A DNA stretch of 64,000 nt. Source: Candidatus Shapirobacteria bacterium (lineage in GTDB: Bacteria; Patescibacteriota; Microgenomatia; UBA12405). Position numbers and translations under genes: made by a program. Positions 59,908-64,000 of this stretch are shown here, piece by piece (the first letter of the stretch is position 1; the number at the start of each line of letters is the position of its first letter). The stretch spans positions 235,432 through 299,431 of the forward strand of contig JBAYUY010000001.1 in NCBI GenBank assembly GCA_041674845.1. The letters run 5' to 3'. The notes under the pieces are model-generated. The model was not told where the DNA came from. It saw only the letters and a list, made by a program, of their open reading frames with translations, and searched no databases.

Positions 59908-60960
59908 TTATAATTTTGCCGAAATGGAGGCGACATAAGATTTGATGGCGTCGTATTGATTTATACCTGAAGTTGGGATTAAAATTGATTGTCGGTTTGA
60001 AGTAGAAATCATTAAAACATTTTTGTCAGTAAGGGCATAGGATTCAGTTTTGTATTTGGAAAATTCGTAGACTTTAAGAAGATATTTTTCAATGTCGGAG
60101 GTAGTTATATCTGTATAGAGGTGATATTTTAAAGTTTTGATAATAGGGAATATTTTTGTTAAATTGTTGGGATTAATAATTTTGTCACGAATGGCAATAA
60201 TTACTTGTCGTTGACGCAATCCTCGATTAAAGTCACCACCATCTGTTGGAGAATGACGAGAACGGGCGTATTTGAGTGCAGTAATACCGTCTAAATGTGT
60301 TGTTCCAATACTAAAATTTAATGTTTCATAGCGACACGTATATTGTTGAGCTAGTATATCCCCTGACATTGTTGCTTCGATAGCTTTTATATCATCTGGA
60401 GACTTGTTACAGGTGTCGGTTGTGCCAATATCGAGTGGGTACCAAGGGTCTTGCCAATTTTTTACGATTTTTAAGTCGATACCACCCAACTGGTCGATAG
60501 CTTTGGTAAAACCATTAAAATCGAGGGCCAAATAATAATCAATATTAATGCCAAGAATTTCTCCAACTTTTGACTTCGTGGTGATTGAATCGGTAGATGG
60601 ATATAAATAATTTATTTTGGCAAATTTTGGAACTGCGCTGTCAGTTGAAACATTTATCCATAAATCACGAGGAATAGATATTAAATTAATTTTTTGATCG
60701 TGAGGACGAACTTGGGCAACCATTATAGAGTCAGTTAGACTGCCACCGTCATGAGTACCACCACCATAGCCAAGTAATAAAATAGAAATTGGTCGATCGG
60801 GATCAGGTGTTGGGGTGGGAATAATTGTCGGTATTGATTTGATAATTGGAATAGTTGTTTTTGTATTAATTAAATTTATAATTTGCCAAATAAATAAACC
60901 TAAAATTATTGACAAAATAATTACACTAAAAATTAGGATTTGTTTTTGAGAAAATTTCAT
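59908..60960 (-). CDS. LytR-CpsA-Psr (LCP) family cell-envelope polymer transferase
   Basis: TM anchor plus ISILLLGYGGGTHDGGSLTDSIMV...LISIPRDLW...YARSRH. Confidence 0.8.
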   Translation of the reverse strand: MKFSQKQILIFSVIILSIILGLFIWQIINLINTKTTIPIIKSIPTIIPTPTPDPDRPISILLLGYGGGTHDGGSLTDSIMVAQVRPHDQKINLISIPRDLWINVSTDSAVPKFAKINYLYPSTDSITTKSKVGEILGINIDYYLALDFNGFTKAIDQLGGIDLKIVKNWQDPWYPLDIGTTDTCNKSPDDIKAIEATMSGDILAQQYTCRYETLNFSIGTTHLDGITALKYARSRHSPTDGGDFNRGLRQRQVIIAIRDKIINPNNLTKIFPIIKTLKYHLYTDITTSDIEKYLLKVYEFSKYKTESYALTDKNVLMISTSNRQSILIPTSGINQYDAIKSYVASISAKL

Positions 60961-61457
60961 TGATTTAATCGCCAGAAACCGTCATTAGGAATATCAGATA
61001 TATTTTTTGTCTCGATGACAACGCCTTTGGCTGCAACTGAAGAATGAACGTAAGTGATTAGATCTTTATCAATATTTAATACTAATAAAACATGTTTGCC
61101 GTCTTTTTGACGAATTAAATCGTTTGGTTTTAACGTTTTTACTTTTTTGGAAATTGGCTTTGAAGTTAACATGTTGGCTGAGGTTTTGCGGACATCAACT
61201 TTTAGTTCTAACAAATGGCAAACGAGTCCGGAACAATCAATACCTAAATGATTTTTTTTCTGAAAATTATAAATTTGTTTTGGTGTTAATTTTAATAAAT
61301 TAATATTTTGAATATTGGCAAATTCAATGGTCTGTAGTGCAATTTCTTTGGCACTACCTTTGCCAACTAGTGCATTGTTTTTTGATAATACCTTGTGTCG
61401 ACCGATATTAATAAAATATGGTAGACCTAAATAATTGTTTAATTTATCCCCAACCAT
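60957..61457 (-). CDS. NlpC/P60-like cysteine peptidase
   Basis: Catalytic Cys context HLGIDCSGLVCHLL and a later His (HVLLV). The start is uncertain (ATG 61457 or ORF-track 61523), and both overlap the mraY 3' end. Confidence 0.55.
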   Translation of the reverse strand: MVGDKLNNYLGLPYFINIGRHKVLSKNNALVGKGSAKEIALQTIEFANIQNINLLKLTPKQIYNFQKKNHLGIDCSGLVCHLLELKVDVRKTSANMLTSKPISKKVKTLKPNDLIRQKDGKHVLLVLNIDKDLITYVHSSVAAKGVVIETKNISDIPNDGFWRLNQ

Positions 61458-62473
61458 AAGGCAAAAATAGCTAAAATAATAGTCGCAAGCCAAGCTCGAA
61501 AAACAATTTTTGGTTCTTCCCATCCAATTTTTTGTAAAGTTAGGTGGATTGGGGCAGCAATAAATATTTTCTTTTTTAAATATATTTTTGAGAGTATCTG
61601 TAGTCCACTGCTTACACCTTCGATAATAAAAGGTAAACCGACAATCATTAATGGAATTACTTTACCAAGCAGTACTGCGATGACAGCGATCGTGGCGCCA
61701 AATGACAACGATCCAACATCGCCAAGCCAGAGTCTAGCAGGATATACATTAAAGTAAAGAAATGCTATTAGGGCACCAATCCATAAAGAAATAAATAACG
61801 AAATAGGAGTGTCAAGACTAGTGCCGGCCAAAATCCAAAATGCAAAAAGAGCGATAATAAGAATGCCACAAGAAAGACCGTCGAGCCCATCGGTAATATT
61901 AAAAAAATTGGCAAAAGTAGTAATAATTAAGGTTGATATGGGGATAAAAAATAAACCAAGATTGACAGCACCAATAAATGGAATGTAAATAAAATTAATT
62001 CCAAGTCGGAAATATATTAACAATGATATAAAACCTGCAATTAAAAATTGCAGAATTAGTTTGTGCTTAAGCCTTAAACCAAAAAAACCTGATTTTTGAA
62101 AATTAAAAAACTTAAGGATGTCATCATATAATCCAAGTAATCCAAAACTTATAAAAGTTATAAAAATGACTTCTAACTCTAAATTTAATTTGTAATTGCT
62201 GGATATAAAAATTTTACTAAATTGCAATAAAGGCAAAAGACAGGCAAAAAGTGTTGTGACAGAAAATATTATTAACAATCCTCCACCGACTGGAGTACCG
62301 GTTTTACTGTTGTGAAATTGATCAAAAATCGGGGTACGATTGTTTTGAATATCTAGTGTTTTTTGGTTTTGACGTTGAAATTTTAGTTTGTATAACAAAT
62401 TGATAAATGGCACAACCAAAATACTGGTGATAATAAATGAAAATAGTAATAGTCCAAGATAAAGATGTACCAT
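61439..62473 (-). CDS. mraY: phospho-N-acetylmuramoyl-pentapeptide transferase
   Basis: 344 aa, polytopic, with NITDGLDGL, GLLGLYDD and LGDVGSLSFGA motifs. Confidence 0.9.
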   Translation of the reverse strand: MVHLYLGLLLFSFIITSILVVPFINLLYKLKFQRQNQKTLDIQNNRTPIFDQFHNSKTGTPVGGGLLIIFSVTTLFACLLPLLQFSKIFISSNYKLNLELEVIFITFISFGLLGLYDDILKFFNFQKSGFFGLRLKHKLILQFLIAGFISLLIYFRLGINFIYIPFIGAVNLGLFFIPISTLIITTFANFFNITDGLDGLSCGILIIALFAFWILAGTSLDTPISLFISLWIGALIAFLYFNVYPARLWLGDVGSLSFGATIAVIAVLLGKVIPLMIVGLPFIIEGVSSGLQILSKIYLKKKIFIAAPIHLTLQKIGWEEPKIVFRAWLATIILAIFALWLGIN

Positions 62474-62474
62474 T

Positions 62475-63800
62475 TTATGTTTTTATATACTGAATATCGG
62501 CTCCGAGAGCTTTTAATCTGTCGGCTAATTTTTCGTAGCCTCGTTCGATGAATTCTACATTGTTAATGGTGGAAGTGCCATTAGCAGCAAGAGCTGCGAG
62601 GGTTGCATTTGCACCTGCACGAAGATCTTTTATGTCAATATCAATAGGTTTTAATTTGCTTGGACCGTATATTTTAACTCCATGAAAATATTCTGGTTTG
62701 TCACTTTCCTTATTAAAATCATAAAAAGTATCATGATCAACTTCTGGGTTAAAATATGTTGTTTTTACTCCCATGGTGTTTAAATTGGCAATGTGTTGGA
62801 AACGGCTAGGATATATGGTTTCAATTAAAGTACTTACACCAACTGCTTGAGCTAAAAGCAATGAAAATATTGGTTGCCAATCGGTCATAAAACCTGGCTC
62901 AGGTTCAGTTTTAATATCAATAGCTTTTAGAGGTGCGACCCAGGAAATGTTTACTTCGTCTTTGCCACAAAATACTTTGGCACCCATTTTTTCAATAATA
63001 TCTAGGAAAGCTTTGATAATTTTTGGATCACATCTTTGAATACTTATTGATCCTTTGGTTGCCAAAGCAGCGCAGGCAAAAGTAATTGTTTCGTTACGAT
63101 CAGATATTATTTGATGTGTTGTTCCATTTAGCCAAGGTACTCCATCAATTATGATTCGTTTTGGGTCATTTTTATCACGAATAATTTTGGCGCCCATATT
63201 ATTTAACATGATTATTAAGTCATCAATTTCGGGTTCCATAGCCGCATTGTCTAATATTGTTTGACCATCTAATAATACGGCAGTCATTATTATTACTTCG
63301 GTTACGGTATGTGAAGGTTTGGAAAAAGTGTAATGAACAGGATTAATTTTGGAAGCCGTAAAAGTCATTATGTCATCAGTTATTTCAGTGGTAATGCCCA
63401 TTTTTTCGTAACAATCAAAAAGTCGATCAAGAGGTCTTGCTCCGAGTTTGTCACCTCCGGGGGTAGGAATAATGGCTTTTCCTGTTCTGAGTAAAAGTGG
63501 TGGAGCAAAAAGAAAAGAAGTTCGTGATTTTTCACCTGTACCATGAGGAACTGTTGAGGAGGTAATATTTTTTGTGGTTATTTCAATGCTGTGGGGACCA
63601 CTTTTAATAATTTTTGATCCAAGACTTTCGGCAATACTTTCTGTAATATTTACATCTGAAATTTGAGGAATATTGGAAAGATATGTTGTTTTATCTGATA
63701 GCATTGAAGCAATAATTTGTTTAAAGGATGCGTTTTTGGCACCACGAATGGAGACTTCACCGGAAAGTGGCTTACCACCATTAATGATGTATTTGGACAT
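62475..63800 (-). CDS. murA: UDP-N-acetylglucosamine 1-carboxyvinyltransferase
   Basis: 441 aa: INGGKPLSGEVSIRGAKNA... with an EPSP-synthase-like fold. The active-site loop reads PGGDKLGARPLD (Asp in place of the usual Cys). Confidence 0.9.
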   Translation of the reverse strand: MSKYIINGGKPLSGEVSIRGAKNASFKQIIASMLSDKTTYLSNIPQISDVNITESIAESLGSKIIKSGPHSIEITTKNITSSTVPHGTGEKSRTSFLFAPPLLLRTGKAIIPTPGGDKLGARPLDRLFDCYEKMGITTEITDDIMTFTASKINPVHYTFSKPSHTVTEVIIMTAVLLDGQTILDNAAMEPEIDDLIIMLNNMGAKIIRDKNDPKRIIIDGVPWLNGTTHQIISDRNETITFACAALATKGSISIQRCDPKIIKAFLDIIEKMGAKVFCGKDEVNISWVAPLKAIDIKTEPEPGFMTDWQPIFSLLLAQAVGVSTLIETIYPSRFQHIANLNTMGVKTTYFNPEVDHDTFYDFNKESDKPEYFHGVKIYGPSKLKPIDIDIKDLRAGANATLAALAANGTSTINNVEFIERGYEKLADRLKALGADIQYIKT

Positions 63801-63803
63801 AAA

Positions 63804-64000
63804 TTATTTGAAAAATTTTATAATTTTATGGAAGGATTTTTGACCGTCAAGACCACCAGAAGAAAATCGAATTAAAATATCGCCAGATTTTAGGATTGAA
63901 GTAGCTGTATCAATAAGGTCTGAGGTCATAGGCAGATATTTAATATTATCACCAAAAATAGTTTTGTAGTCGAGAAAGGTTATCCGGTTTTCTTTGTCAA
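63804..64000 (-). CDS. C-terminal fragment of a Mur-ligase-like protein (gene continues beyond window)
   Basis: Hand translation of the minus strand gives ...ILKSGDILIRFSSGGLDGQKSFHKIIKFFK*, with the stop at 63804-63806. Assignment is weak. Confidence 0.35.
   Translation of the reverse strand, partial: DKENRITFLDYKTIFGDNIKYLPMTSDLIDTATSILKSGDILIRFSSGGLDGQKSFHKIIKFFK

Noticed and set aside
1-64000. Alternative genetic code (UGA recoding, as in some candidate phyla).
   Set aside because: Long conserved genes (dnaE, ileS, ppsA, ftsZ) are uninterrupted and end at sensible positions under the standard bacterial code, including at TGA stops.

Overview
This is an AT-rich bacterial chromosomal segment read with the standard genetic code. 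Its style (small tightly packed genes, many 1-4 nt overlaps, cell-envelope and division genes, few biosynthetic genes, extended ribosomal proteins) suggests a Candidate Phyla Radiation / Patescibacteria-type genome; that assignment is inference only.

Backbone genes:
- Solute-binding protein, secG, a transglutaminase-like protein, lexA, rsmI, ppsA.
- A compact rplS / tRNA-Lys / lgt / tRNA-Glu unit.
- dnaE, lemA-htpX, tRNA-Asp, ndk, tRNA-Gly and tRNA-Thr.
- A glycosylation cluster: an O-antigen-ligase-like protein, two GT2 enzymes and a secreted lipase-like protein.
- tRNA-Val, lepB, parB, rpmA-rplU, rodA, ileS.
- A dcw-type cluster: ftsZ, ftsA, murG, ftsW, mraY, murA and a Mur ligase fragment.

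Two accessory insertions each carry a paralogous large serine recombinase:
1. 12566-18130 (about 5.6 kb) sits at the 3' end of tRNA-Glu. It has an unusual attL / inverted complete attP-like / attR arrangement. Two long near-perfect inverted-repeat pairs share a 6-bp core. One pair brackets a folate/queuosine-salvage cargo (GNAT, DHFR-like reductase, FolC, YhhQ). The other brackets the recombinase gene itself.
2. 34708-46502 (about 11.8 kb) splits an L,D-transpeptidase gene at a 4-bp GGAG core. It carries a tightly coupled operon of unknown small genes, an XRE regulator with repeated palindromic operators, membrane proteins, an HpaII-like restriction-modification pair and a 940-aa KAP-family P-loop NTPase module.

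Other points of interest:
- A LysW-like carrier protein with an ATP-grasp enzyme and a PLP enzyme inside the dcw cluster.
- A promoter-hairpin-terminator leader or small RNA before a 60-aa ORF.
- Identical-format heptad-repeat leaders directly upstream of ppsA and ileS.

All calls come from reading the sequence and ORF translations by eye. No database search or folding program was run.
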